From Sphaerodactylus townsendi (taxonomy: Eukaryota): 64,000 bases of DNA. The stretch lies in contig NC_059430.1 in assembly GCF_021028975.2 (NCBI RefSeq), positions 51,522,001-51,586,000 of the forward strand, read 5' to 3'. Positions 1-12,759 of this stretch are shown piece by piece. Under the pieces are notes generated by a model. The model saw only the letters and a program-made list of their open reading frames with translations. It made no database searches and had not been told where the DNA came from. Position 1 is the first letter of the stretch. Each line of letters starts with the position of its first letter. Position numbers and translations under genes: made by a program.

Positions 1-664
1 AAATCAGTGGTACTTCAAATGTTTACCTTATTCCAAACATTTTGCACTGTATATAAAGCCCTGCAACTGTAGGCCCACTTTCCTGTTTTCCTACTATATC
101 TTCCATTAAGGCCTTTTCTTCATGTTTAGTCCGCTTGCTCTGTCTGCTTCACTTCTGACACTATATGAATTGTAAGCATGGCACAAGCTCCATGCCTTTT
201 CAGTATTCATCGATAATGAGACATACTGAGTGTTCTGAGTTTTTAACTTGCCCATGAATTTTAAGTCATTCTTTGAATAACTAAGAACATAAGCATTACT
301 GATTTGGACCAAAGAGAATTTCATTACAGCTGAAAGTCTTCTGCTGCCATCCAGTGGATGCATTCTTAATACAATATTGCTTACTTAATCTGTTAGTTAA
401 TATACCACCAAGTTATCAGCAATTTCCATGTTTTAAAGCTAGGCTTTCTATATACTCCCATCAACAGCAAAACAAGATCTGTAGAGATTGAGCCCTGTTT
501 ATTTGTTTGTTTGTTTGTTTGTGGCAATCAATAAATCAATAAACATCAATAAAGAGCTAAACATAGGCTGGATAATTTCTAATAAAATCTTCATGTAAAA
601 TAGATCTCCTCACTCTACTACTCATTCTTTCTGCCTCAAGGTTTCAAAAGAACTATTTCAGTAG

Positions 665-830
665 AGAGCCAGCATGGTGTGTAGTGGTTAAAAAAAGTGA
701 ACCCTAATCTGGAGAACCAGGTTTGATTCCCCACTGTTCTACATGAAGCCTTCTAGGTGACCTTGGGTGAGTCAAAGTTTTCTCAGAACTCTCTCAGCCC
801 ACGAGGAGGCAGGCAACTTTCCACCACCAC
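665..830 (+). mobile_element. tRNA-derived squamate SINE fragment (Squam3/Sauria-like)
   Basis: Head gagagccagcatggtgtgtagtggtt...ctaatctggagaaccaggtttgattccccact with A/B-box-like motifs, then gtgaccttgggtgagtca...ctctctcagccc; matches other copies in the window. Confidence 0.8.
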
Positions 831-939
831 TACATTTAAGTAGAAAGATGGACATTCAGCTACAGATGTCCCTACTGGATATTTATTAGGTGATCCATTA
901 GCAGAGCTCCACCTGTGACATAAAGGGAAGATATTTTGC

Positions 940-975
940 TTCCTTCCTCCTCCTCCTCCTCCTCTCCTCCTCCTT
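940..975. repeat. (CCT)n microsatellite
   Basis: Direct reading: tccttcctcctcctcctcct... Confidence 0.9.
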
Positions 976-1399
976 ATTGCAGTGCTGCAACCTGTGTGGT
1001 CACTGTATATCATGTATGTCTGCCAACTGATTGACTGATTATCATTTATAGTATGCCTTTCTTACCAAACTCAAAGCAGATTTCAGAAGAGAGGACTTTT
1101 ATTCAGCCATTTCTACTTTTTAGCTTTGTCCACTGCAAAATAGATTGATGCATTCAGTTACCTGCATTCAGTTACCTGTACTACATGACCTATACTACAT
1201 GACCAAAGATGGTGAATATCCTCATGAGTCCAGAGCTTTCCTGAAATGGAATGCAGCTCCTTTTTTGCTATATCTGGAGTGCTTTGAACATTTCAATATT
1301 GGACTTCTTAAAAGAACATGGGAAAGAATATTCTTCATCGGTATCACAATAATTTAAATAAAAGTAATAGTAGTAATCCCAGGTACACAGCTAGGACTT

Positions 1400-2130
1400 T
1401 TCTAGTGTCTTTGAGATAATTTAAGAAGTTCTCATCTTTGGCTGCTGGAGAGAAGGAAAGACCACCTAAAATTTCTGCAGATTGAGGCTACTTGCTTAAA
1501 AATACGTTCTGCATACAAGTAGAGAGGGATAAACTAAGATTTAAGAGATTGGAGGCCAGGGTCAAGTTGAGGACCTTTGGTGCAAGTATTAGATTTCTTG
1601 TAGCATTTTGTCTCTGCACATTTGCAGACGTTAAAGTAAAGCAGCTGAGACCCATTCTCCATCCGTTCCTATGAATGGACCTTAGGGATAAGATCATGTT
1701 ACATCCATAATGTGAACCTTATAAAGTTCATTCACCTCAAGTACAAATGGCAACCAATTATAGGGTTATAATTGCTGCAGAGGGGATTTAAAATTAGGCT
1801 TGGATGAACTGGCTCAAATGATGTATAAAATGTACATGTGGACACATGACTTCAAAGAAGGGCTAAATAGAGATGCATTAAGCCTCTGGATATGCAGTTT
1901 GAACTAAGCTCTCACTAGGATGAGGAGAAAAATCCTTTCTAGAAGTCTAGATTCCCTGCCAGATGTCCAAGTTGACATGTTTTTACAAGTAGTTTGGTCT
2001 GACTGCTTGTAGAATGACTTGGGAGAACAAGCTCGATATAAAACTGCAGTGGCATGTACTAGGGCAAGTTGCTATATTTTAGCATCAATTAGAGGTATGC
2101 ACCATTTTTTATTTCAGTATTTTTCCAGTC
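1400..2130 (+). mobile_element. Highly decayed LINE ORF2 C-terminal remnant
   Basis: Broken peptides KFL...RLEARVKLRTF and ARYKTAVACTRASCYILAS resemble the post-RT region of reptile LINEs; many stops. Confidence 0.35.
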
Positions 2131-3083
2131 TAGGTTTTATAGTCCCAAATTTTAAACCAAGCAAGCAAACAAAGCTGAATTCCCCCTTTCAGAACTATTA
2201 AACCCAGCCTCCCACCCACCCCCCACCCCAAATCCTGCTGTTTCCCAATTCCACAGCAGGCAGGTGTAGTGCTCGTGCTTCCAAGCTCCTGTGTGGAACT
2301 GGGAAAGAGCAAGCAGGTGAGCAGGCAGGAAAATGGCTTTACTCTCTGTGTTCTTTCTATCAGCTCAGCATTAAAGGTGTTAATTTTCAAATTCCTGGAC
2401 TGAAAATCCAAGATTTGTAGGAATTGCAAAAAACAAAAAAAATCCCCTTTCCCAAAAAACCCCATTCCACATAGTTTTGTTTTCATGTTCAGGTGCTTCG
2501 TGTCAGCAGCAGCAGGCATCTTTTCTTTCTTTTTCCTGATTTCTTAGGGAATGGCATTTCTAATTTCCAATAAGATACTTGCAAGAGATTAGGAGGTGAG
2601 TGTTAACAGCCAATCATCTTTGGAGACAAGCCCCAAAGTTGACCCAAACTCTCAAATTTGTTGTCTGTTGAAACTAATGGTCCTGATATTCCAGAATCCC
2701 GAAAAAGCACATGCAATTGAATCCTAAACTGGCATTGCCCCACCCAAAACTCAGCAACCACAATAAATGTCTTCATGCCAAATCTTACATCTAAAACTAT
2801 AACATTTTTTTTCTGGGAACAGACTTCTACTCAGCATGACACAGCAGCTGAAGAAAGAGAATGAGATTGTCAAGCTTTCCAAAGGAGAGAAAATTGGCTG
2901 TTAAGGTATTGGAGTAAAGCAACCACCACAACCCTACCGTAGCCAGTGGTCAACTTGCTGTTTCCATTACTGGCTATCATGATAATTTTTCTGTGACCAG
3001 CTTGTTGACTTTCCAACAGCCCCCTGGTGCTGGAAGGGGGGATTTTTGGAGAAGATGAACCAATTATTTCCCTCCCAGATCTG

Positions 3084-3389
3084 AAGAAGAAGAAAAGTTT
3101 GGATTTATACTCCACCTTTCTCTCTTGTAAGGAGACTTAAGATGGATTACAAACTCCTTTCCCTTCTTTTCCCCACAACAGACATCTTGTGAGATAGGTG
3201 GGGCTGAGAGAGTTCTGACAGAGTTGTGACTAGCCCAAAGTCAGCCAGCAGGCTTCATGTAAAGGAACAAGGAAACAAATCTAGTTCACCAGATAAGAAT
3301 CTACTGCTCATGTGGAGAAGTGGGGAATCAAACCCAGTTTTCCAGATTAGAGTCCACTCCTCCTGATCACTACACCACACTGGCTCTCT
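3084..3389 (-). mobile_element. Squam3-like SINE, full length, with internal head duplication and (TTC)n tail
   Basis: Plus strand begins gaagaagaag (tail) and ends actacaccacactggctctct (head reverse complement); duplicated ccagat(a/t)aga segment. Confidence 0.9.
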
Positions 3390-3528
3390 TGGAATCTATA
3401 GCATTGTATCCTTCTGAGATCCCTTCCCTCTCCACATTCCTCTCGTTAAATTCCACACTTCCCTAATCAAGCTTTGGCAACCCTATCTACTGCTCACTCA
3501 ACAGCCAACCTTTCTTTATCAGCCACTC

Positions 3529-4032
3529 TGTCTTAAGTTTTCTCTCTCCCTTGCTCAGCAGCCTCTGCCTAGGAAAACTGTTGGAATAAGCGACTTCTGC
3601 ATGCCTGGACACTGGGGGGTGCTGTGTATCTCACTCTAACTGTGATGTTGCCTCTCTTGTTTGCCCTCCTTGTCTGGGCCAGGAGACCGCCCACTAACTT
3701 CCTTTCTTCCCCATGCTGGTTTCACTTCTGTTCTAGCCTTTGACCTGAGCGCAAGGTCAATGGCAGCCTGCCACAGTGGGGCTTTCCCACTATAGCATTC
3801 TCCTTACCCGCACACACGTGATGGCGTGTTAGTTGTGCCCACTTGTCATAGGGAAAGTAATCTCTTTAGACTAGGGTTTCTTTCTATCTACCTTTTTCAT
3901 GGAACAAAGATGTACTGGAGATGCTTGAATAAATGTAAGTTTTACCTTTTACATTTATCTCTTGGGAAGTTTCTATAAACTTCACTCACACACACTACTG
4001 GGCAGATCCATGACTCTAAACTAAATCTAACA
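3529..4032 (+). mobile_element. Probable solo LTR (504 bp)
   Basis: TG...CA ends, AATAAA ~100 bp before the 3' end, flanks cactc (3524-3528) / cactg (4033-4037) as a 5-bp TSD with one mismatch. Confidence 0.6.
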
Positions 4033-4659
4033 CACTGTGGACCAGCTGTGTGGTGTTAGCCACTATGTCAGGACTTGTGGGGGGACAGATCACTTTCCCC
4101 TATATTTCCCTCCCCACACTTTTTTATTTTTCCCTTTTTCTGGCAGTACCCTCTTCCATTTCCCTGCCTCATTCTATCCTTCTCAGTCATTCAGCAGCCT
4201 ACATTTTATCTGTCTTTCATCTTCAGGTATATTTGTATTATTTCTTTACTTCCTTTCTACCCACTTGTCTCCTCAGTGGAGACCAAAGTAGCTTAAACTA
4301 TTCTCCTAACCTTTTTATCCACACAGCTGTCATGTGAGGTCAGTGAATCTAAAAGTATGTGGCTGCATCAAAATCACCCAGTGAGCTTTCACAGCAAGAT
4401 GGGAATTTGAAACTATGTCTCACAGACTTTGCCGTACCTGCTGTAACTGCTACACCACACTTGATTTCATAGGGTAGGTTCTATTGAACAGTAGCAAATA
4501 GCCAGGTCTAGTTGAGTTATGCCAGTCAGGTGTTATCAGTTACCCAAGGTTGCTTCAGCCAGATCAGTTCACCTGTTGAATTAAAGGCCTCCAGAAATTG
4601 TTGGAGAGCCTAGGACCAGACCTTGTCTGCCCTGATGCCAGCAATTGCTCCTTTCAGTA

Positions 4660-4851
4660 ATGTGTGCCAGAGAGCTCAAGCAGGCGCGCAGGGCCGGGGG
4701 GCGTGTCTCCAGGCCTCGGCGACGTGCCGGAGGGCCGGGGACAAGCCGGGTCGGCTGGGCGACGGCGCTCCGTGGCACCGTCGTCCCAGCATCGTCGGGT
4801 CGGCGTGGATTACGCCGACCCAACCCCTTCCGCCTCCGTGCGGAAGGGGCC
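4660..4851. mobile_element. CpG-rich PIF/Harbinger-like MITE, right part
   Basis: Ends in gtgcggaaggggcc (TIR complementary to ggccc(c/t)ttccg at 16522); body homologous to 16790-16850; internal hairpin gggtcggcgt-ggatt-acgccgaccc. Confidence 0.65.
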
Positions 4852-5510
4852 ATACACATAATCTCTCATTTGTACTCTACAGGCATATATGTATATCTTA
4901 AAATAAGGTTTGCTTCCAATTTCTTGAGTTGTCTTGGTGTAGCATTCCTTGGACTATTGATTACAAATTATACATAAATATGAGGGTTTAGTTAAATGAA
5001 AATTATCAGAAATAAAACACACATACATAAAAGTGATTTATAAGACAGTTCTGTTCAGTTGCATTTTTTTCTTTTTGCAAAACCTCCAGGTGGGAATTGA
5101 AGATCTCTCAGAATTACAGCTGAACTCCAGATTATACAGATCTGTCTCCTTAGAGAAAATGATTGCTTCAGAGAGTGGACTCAATGGCATTATATTTGGC
5201 TGAGGCCTCTCCCCTCTCCAAACTCTGCTTTTCTCAGACTCTTCCACAAAATCAAGATTTGGCCAACTTCGCTATTAGAACATAAGATTGTGTTTAGCAA
5301 CTTGTGACTTTGAACCTAAGTAAAACTTTTAGATTTATTAACTTTTAAAGATACAAAATAACCGGTTTTAGAAACCTGTTACCACTTGAACATTTGCTCT
5401 GAACTGGTTTCCAGATGCTTTTTTCATACATGAAAATTAAGTTCATGATATTTCCATACAGTTATTACTTGACAAGCAGTAAAGCCCATTGCAGGGAAGA
5501 TGCAATAGAC

Positions 5511-6150
5511 CAGGGGTCCCCAAACTCCGGCCCGGGGGCCAAATGTGGCCCCCTGAAGGCATTTATCCGGCCCGCCAGGCATGGCGGCGATGGCTCCATT
5601 CATGTGCAGTGGGGGCTCAAGGGAGAGGAGGAACCGGCCCCAACGGCTGTTGATTGCAGTTACATGATGGCACCCCCAAATCTCCATGAATTTTCTAACC
5701 CAGAGTTAGAAACCTTACATGTGGCAATGCCTGCTCCGCCCTTCCCTCTCAGCTACTCCATGTGTTGCTCTCAGGCTTTCTGTTCCGCCTCACTCCCATT
5801 GGCATCAGCCAGGCTGGCGAATCACTCGCTGGCTGCTAGGGAGGAAAGAACCCAGGAAGATACCTGATCCTGGGTAAGATGGAATGCTTCATTGGGAAAG
5901 TTCTGCTTTTTTTTTTTACAGGGGAAGGTATTCCACAGCCTCCCCAACAATATTTGGAGCCCACCCTGTACTTGACATACTTTGGTCACTGTTCTAAAAA
6001 TAGACCATGACAGAAAGGCTAAAAGGTGAAATCAAACATTTTACAATCATTTGTGCATAGGAATTTGTTCATAGTTTTTTTTAGTCCGGCCCTCCTACAG
6101 TCTGAGGGACAGTGAACTGGCCCCCTGTTTAAAAAGTTTGGGGACCCCTG
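5511..6150. mobile_element. Non-autonomous hAT (Charlie/Buster group; OposCharlie1/OC1-like ends)
   Basis: TIR caggggtccccaaact...agtttggggacccctg; perfect 8-bp TSD caatagac (5503-5510 / 6151-6158) with central TA. Confidence 0.92.
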
Positions 6151-6366
6151 CAATAGACCATAGCAAAGGGTCGAAAAGGAAGCATCTCCCCCTGTATCGA
6201 GTTTTACTGGGGCTGCAGCATTGCCCAACCACCTGTTCACAGCGCGATGCTTACCTGGGTCTGGGTCTGAAGCTTGGGGGTGGGAGAGGCTTGAGTGGTG
6301 TAGGTTGAGGTAAGTTGGGATAGGGGAGGGTAGAGAGGAATGGCTTGGGGTGGAGAGGGCAGGCAG

Positions 6367-6653
6367 NNNNNNNNNNNNNNNNNNNNNNNNNNNNNNNNNN
6401 NNNNNNNNNNNNNNNNNNNNNNNNNNNNNNNNNNNNNNNNNNNNNNNNNNNNNNNNNNNNNNNNNNNNNNNNNNNNNNNNNNNNNNNNNNNNNNNNNNNN
6501 NNNNNNNNNNNNNNNNNNNNNNNNNNNNNNNNNNNNNNNNNNNNNNNNNNNNNNNNNNNNNNNNNNNNNNNNNNNNNNNNNNNNNNNNNNNNNNNNNNNN
6601 NNNNNNNNNNNNNNNNNNNNNNNNNNNNNNNNNNNNNNNNNNNNNNNNNNNNN
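6367..6653. other. Assembly gap
   Basis: Run of N. Confidence 1.
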
Positions 6654-6840
6654 TATCCCCGAAGGGCTCTGGGCGGCGTACAACAAAGTTAAGTTACAAT
6701 CCGGCTAGGTACAATCACAACTAAACAATTAAGATCCAATATACATAAGTTACTAACTCCCCATTTTCAAACAGCAGTTAATACAAGTTTTAAAATCAAA
6801 TCGGGCGCCCAGCAAACCCATTTTTAAAACCCTCTCTAGA
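6654..6840 (-). mobile_element. L2-type LINE 3' tail
   Basis: tatccccgaagggctctgggcggcgtaca is the reverse complement of the ...gcccagagccct...gggcgg tail seen at 48915-48945. Confidence 0.6.
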
Positions 6841-9299
6841 TGGGAAGACTGCTGACTCCATCCATAAAAGATGTAAACAAACAAAGATGGGAGGAGGGTA
6901 TAGAAGAGAATGGAATGGTGTGGCTTGAGATGGCAGGAGGATTGAAGGGGGAGGGTTGGGGTGGGGGAGGGTTGGGGTGGGGGAGGGTTGGAAGGTGTGG
7001 CTAAGAGTAGAAGGAGGATGGCAAGAGATGGCTAGGGATGAGGGAGGGTGGCAAGGGGTAGCTGGAAGTGGGGAGGGTGGCAAGGGGTGAATAGGGGTGG
7101 GGGAGTGTGACAAGGAGTAGCATGGGTAGGGGAGAGTGGAAAGGGATGGATGGGGTAGGGTAGGGTGAGGTGAGGTGAGGTGAGGTGGGTGGCTAGAAGT
7201 GGGAGGAGGGTGGCAAGGGGTGGCTAGAGGGGAAGGTAGTAAGGGGTGAAGGAGAGTGGTAAGGGGTGGGTAGGGGTCAGGGAGGGTGGCAAGGGGGCTA
7301 GCAATGGGGGGAAAAACTTGTGAGGGTGTGGGTGGTGAGGGCAGGGTCTGCAGGGCTGAGGAGGGCCCAGTAGGGCTTTGGGGGCAGCTGGGGTGGGGTT
7401 TGTTTGGGGTGGGGAACGTGGGAAGGTTCCGCAGTCTGGCAATCCCCAATGGGGCTGCAGGACACACAGGACTTGGTTCCCTGTGTGTCCTGCAGAATAA
7501 TTGGCTAAGGGTTTGTCATCATGACATTTGAACCATTAACCAATTATGTATGGTAAGATAGGTCTAGAAATAAAGAGAAAAATGTTTTGAAGAAATTATA
7601 GTAACTTTTCACATATACTGACCAATTTTTCCAGTGTTCATAAGGCCCACTTAAATGCACAGTGCTCTTCTGTGCATCCAAGAAACTTTAGTGTAGTGTT
7701 TGTCAACAAACTTTTCATCATGATGCATGGCAAGTCACATTTCAATAATCTTTTAATATGACATAGTGCCACTATGAACACCCAGACTGTTGGGAACACC
7801 GAAAGTCATTACTTGAATCCCTCACAAATTGGAAAGTTCTATATCAGCAAAGATACAAAAAAATGACAAGTAGAGCTGATATAAGTCGGATTCGCGTCTA
7901 GGTATTTGGGTAAATTCCATAAATTCATAATACTTGGTCATTTCACAAAGTTGTATTTCCATTATTTTCAATCTGTATTGCATCTCCCTTCACAGGAAAC
8001 ACGGGATTAAGCCTAAAGTCATATTTGTAAGTTTTTGCTGAAGTGAAATTTAGACCTCACTGATTGCAGCTCATGCTCTTAGCCACTATGCTTTTCTCAG
8101 ATTAAGAGGCTAATCTTGTTAAACTAGCATACTTATCCCACAGATCTGTCATGACCTTTTACACTTACGATTTATGAGAGGCTATAGTGCTGGTACAGAA
8201 GTTAGAGGTCCATAATATTTTGAACAGACTCTGTGTGTCATTTACTTTCCTTGAAAGACCTCTATGGCAGCTCCAGTATGCACCAAAATATTCAACTGTG
8301 TAAATATGCTAGTGATAGGGACAGTGGAAATGGTAAGTGGCCTTCAATTAAAAATGCTATTCCTCTTCTTACAAATGGAAACACAGACATAATGTATGAA
8401 TTGTTAAATTTCTTTTCTGTGGCCAAATGGCTCCATATATCTGATCTTTCTAATATACTATATGTAAGTCTTAAATTACTGGGTCCATTCTCATGAAGCT
8501 TGTTGCTTGGTTACCATCTGCAAATAAAATGAAAGGGCTACATTGGCCACAGTTTATGTCTGTTCCCCAAGCAAACTAAAGTCAGGTGCCTTGCACTTGG
8601 TCAGAACAGAGTGTAAGTCCCACAGACAAAGAGTAACAATTCAAAAATGGTTTAATAATATTGAAAGTTTAGGACTCTGACTCCTCCCATGAAGTCTAAC
8701 TATTAAAGAATATTTGAATGCTGGAAATAATTGGAGATTATTGAAGAGCTTGCAGACACCAACTCTTCCTTGCTTACTTCCAAGAAAGTCTAGTCCGCTT
8801 ACGCTTCTTCTGAGTTCTCCTCGTGTCCTCTAACTGGACTCTATTTTTCCTGCAATCCTGTTGAAACTTGCTTACTCTTGAGTTCTTAAGTATCTGAGAT
8901 ATTTATGTCTCCGGTCTTCCCCAGACACCTGAAACTAAAACAAAACTGTAAAACAAAAGTACTACAAGCTGATAAAGGTATGGTATTGCTCTTGCCTCTA
9001 GAGGGCTTCTTAAAGGGACAGGGTCTAAGGTTCCCTCTCACAAATACTGTACAAAAACAACTAAGCCCATTCTATGGGTATAACTGAGACTTAAATAAAG
9101 GAAATAGTGAGGGTGTCTCCAGGGGCATGGCAGTTTAATTTGATTTTGCTTGAAGTTGCATTCTTTACTTTCAATTTTGCATAAACATCATCTGCTAATT
9201 ACACAGTCCACACTAAAAATTCCTGTTATAAAAATAGTAACATGGTCCACTGGACTTCTGAGTTGATTTAATAGAGATGGTTTAGATTGAGCAGAAGAC

Positions 9300-9460
9300 A
9301 GTCAAAGTGTCATTAGTATGTGGATGACACTCCGCTCTGTTTCTCTTTTTTATCAGAACCAGATGAATCTTTTACTATTCTGTACAAATGTCTGAGTATG
9401 GCAATTGACTGTAAGAAGGTGAATAAATTAGTCCAGCCAAGACTGGGATGATATTGGTAG
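9300..9460 (+). mobile_element. L2-type LINE RT fragment
   Basis: Translates CH*YVDDTPLCFSF...CL..AIDCKKVNKL (decayed CHQYADDTQLY...NKLKLNP). Confidence 0.7.
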
Positions 9461-9689
9461 GAGACACTAAAGGCAAGAACTGTTTTTCATGAAAATGGCA
9501 ACTCAAAAAGTTCAAAATGTTACTGCTTGAATTGCACCTTGATTTTGATAACTACATTTCTAGGCACATTTAACGATTTTAGTTTTAAAAAACCTAAGCA
9601 TTGGGTGCAAGACACTTAAAAGAGGGCGAATACCCATATTAACCTTTCTGTTATTTAAAAACTACCTAGTATACCCTTATCAAAGTCCT

Positions 9690-10275
9690 GTCATAGGTCT
9701 ATCCAAGATTATCATCCATCAAGAAATAAGTTCTGTCTCCTCTCCTTTTCATAATGCATCAAGGAGGGCCAGTTGGGGGCCTATATAAGGCCTGGCCCGG
9801 ACTTAGGCCCTCCATTTCCTGAAGCAAGATGCCGGTGAGTTTCCCACCCACCTCTCCCCCATTTATTAATGTTGCTAAAGCATGCTTCTCTGTCATAGCC
9901 AACTGGGCGGGTTGCGCATGGGAATTGATCTGATGGTGGGGGGAACTAGGGAGCTAACCCCCTTTGGCGGAATCTCCTTAAGAGGTTTGGGGAGGAGCAA
10001 GCCACGAGTCAGGACACCCAGGCAGGGGCTACTGAGGTTTATGCCCCTTAGCAGAAAAGCAGTTTTTCAGCAGGAGGCCTTCTGCCCAGCTGAGTTCCCC
10101 TGCTGCTGCAGCGCGCAGAGTGGATCTCTGACCAAGAGGCCTGCTGCCCAATGGAGCTCCACTATGGCTGTGCAAGGTTATCAGTTTCCTCCAACAGGGT
10201 GGTTGGAGGAAAGGTTTCACTGGGGGAGAGCACTTGGGCAAGTGCTCATGCTTCTTGCATCACTTCAATATGGCC
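9690..10275 (+). mobile_element. Probable solo A-B terminal-repeat remnant of a Ngaro/DIRS-like element
   Basis: Same layout as 55410-56040: TATA (tatataagg at ~9783), cccacccacc tract, then taagaggtttgggg motif; boundaries uncertain. Confidence 0.45.
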
Positions 10276-10339
10276 AAAATGTTTATCCACAGATGAGAGT
10301 GTGGTATAGTTATTGCGATATGGGGGGCCCTGAGCAGTA

Positions 10340-11060
10340 CTGGTCCCACCCTCAGGTGGCAAAAAGCATTGCTTCAGCCTCTTCCCACATTAGATGGGAG
10401 GGCTCCCTTCTGCAGATTCACTGGGTAGCTATTTTTCTAGGTGGGAGAATAAGAACCAGATTCCCAGATGATCTTCCTATCAACCATGAGTCATATTCCA
10501 ATCAACAGGAAGCTGAAAACTTAGTTTGGCAGCCATTTATGTTATGAAATACATGCCAGTCATATCCATGATGATAGCCTGATTCTGAGTGTTGAACAAG
10601 TTAAGCTTGTCTGCCAAACAGGCTCACTGAGAAGGCATTACTAGTCAATAACAGCAGTGATGAAAAAGTTAAATAACTTTCAAATTCGATTTAAATGGAA
10701 GAATGCATTCATGGCCAAAGCACCAAACTGCTTCTCAAAATGCAAGCATCCAGAAGCACCCCAATATCTTTACAGGATCAACTCCTTTGCATCTAGCCTT
10801 GGTAGATCTATACTCTCAAAAAGCTCAGCTTCTTCTTGTTCATTGTCCTCTACTTGACTACAGCCTCAGGAAAAATATGGATTAATGTTAAAAAGCCATT
10901 GCAATGATTTAAAAATGAGAAAAGTAGATATCATCAGCATGTTGATGGCAACCTATTCTAAAATTCCAGATGGGTTCAATCAGAGTTCTAATGTGGAAGT
11001 TAAAGAAGTATAAGCAAAAGCACTGATCTTGATGAATGCCATAAGTCATTTTTCAAGATG
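10340..11060 (-). mobile_element. L2-type LINE RT fragment
   Basis: Minus strand reads FNFHIRTLIEPIWNFRIGCHQHADDIYF (L2 LFNIYMxPL...GCHQYADD). Confidence 0.75.
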
Positions 11061-11700
11061 TTGAGCCAACCTGTGTAAAAGAGCTTCAACTACAATTGAG
11101 ATAGAGATGATCACATTTCATGAGATAGAGATAGAGAGACAATCACATGATACTATCCTTAAATTAAACAAGAATCCCATTTTCCCATCAAATTGTTTCC
11201 AAATTTAGTGTCATTACCTTATACTGACACCTAGTGGGAAAAAACACTTAACACATATAAATGTTTCACTATTATAAAATCTGAAATCTAGTGACATTCT
11301 AAAGTACAAGTTTTGTAAAGGACAATCCAGAACTCCATCTCTAAACTCTTTCAAAAGTTCACTAATCTTCAAAATAAACTCATTTTTAAAAAAGCTGTTT
11401 CCCATCCCTAAACATTAAAGAATTAAGTCTGTGTTTGAAACTTTCTCAGAATAGTTTCAACCTCATCAAACTACAAAATAGCAGTTTTACAGTTGCATTG
11501 TTAAGCTGCATCAAAGTTCTCATGCAAAGGTATTTTCCTGTTGTACAAACTGCTTTACATGACTGAAGAACAGTTTCACTACTGTAGTAGTGGTTTCATG
11601 AAGCTACAACGCTAAACATATTTGATGTAATACAAATCTTTCTGAGTCCATATAGATTTAGAAATGAGTTGTAAATGAAGCAGAATTATTTGAATGGCAA

Positions 11701-11817
11701 TATAAGAACACAGGAATGTAAGAAGATCCTTGCTGGATCAGGCCAATGGTCCATCTAGCCCAACATCCTGCCTCACACAGCGGCCAACCAGTTCCTCTGA
11801 AGGTCCAACAGCAGGGA
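11701..11817 (-). mobile_element. CR1-type 3' end
   Basis: taagaacacaggaatgtaagaagatccttgctggatcaggccaatggtccatctagccca resembles the reverse complement of a squamate CR1 tail. Confidence 0.7.
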
Positions 11818-12759
11818 AATCTTTTGTTATTAATTATAATAATTACAAAAAATACAGTTCCTCACAACTAATATGAAAATGCAACACATTCCCCATCTAT
11901 AGAGTTTACAATATTTTTTAAAAATGTAGGGGGGTTGTTTGTTTTTCTGGTTTTTTTCATTATTGCCATCTCTGCCTCTCTTGGATTTGCTTTTACAAAG
12001 CAGCTGGCATTTCTCTAATAAAGGTAGAGGTACTGTGTTCCTTAGAATAAGGGTAAGAGAGAGACTGTGGACTTCCTTGACTGAGTGTAAGCTAAAACCA
12101 TTAACATCATATACAAGTTGGAGATAGTCCAATACTGAAGGATATGAGGTAAGATGTGCTCTCAGTGTCTGCCATGCTCTGCCATATTTTCCCTTGCAGT
12201 CTGCCCTCCCCTGCTTGTTTGCTGCTCTCCAAATATTTTCCCAATCCAAGCAAATCTATTTCAGGTCCCCTTCCTGCTGCTTGCCTGCCCAGTTCATTTG
12301 TGTCGCCAAATGCTCTTACCTTGTTAATCTGCCACTTCCTCATTCTACTGTTGTCCAAGATAATCAGCTGCAATGTTGTCTATGCTACTGTTGGGATCTT
12401 TCCTACCAATTCTTCCCTAGACTATAATATAAAACACAGGTGCCTTTCATTACCTCAAAAGTCCCCTCCAAAAAAAGGCAGAATCTGTCTGAAAAAATTG
12501 TCAGTGTGGGTGTCCTTGGTGAATACTATAATCCTCCTGAGTTTTGTCTAATTCAGGTAGAAAAGTATAAAGATACAGACCTGAGGGGAGGGGACTCTTC
12601 CATTGAAGCCAATGAGAAAAAGTTAATAAACAAAATTATGAAAATGAAGCAACAATAACAAAAAGAAACATGAATAAAACAATACATATGAAACAACTCC
12701 TCAGCAAAACTGTTCTTGGTATAATTAATAAAAAAGAAATGAAACAAACTCCCAAACAT

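Larger units (their letters stand above)
6180..7560 (+). mobile_element. G-rich non-autonomous repeat, possibly Helitron/Helentron-like, interrupted by a gap and an L2 tail
   Basis: Purine/G-rich degenerate minisatellite body; perfect 16-bp stem ctgcaggacacacagg/cctgtgtgtcctgcag (~7455-7495) ~60 bp before an AT-rich end ...atgtatggtaagat. Confidence 0.35.

Noticed and set aside
6237-6724. ORFs with long X runs (also at ~14.4, 20.5 and 50.5 kb)
   Set aside because: Artefacts of translating through N gaps.
6796-7467. 223-aa proline-rich ORF
   Set aside because: By-product of a low-complexity C-rich strand that lacks stop codons.
8557-9042. Possible solo LTR ending ...ctctcaca
   Set aside because: No TSD or clear 5' boundary found.
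9882-10547. 221-aa ORF
   Set aside because: Spans a terminal-repeat remnant and an antisense L2 fragment; no recognisable domain.
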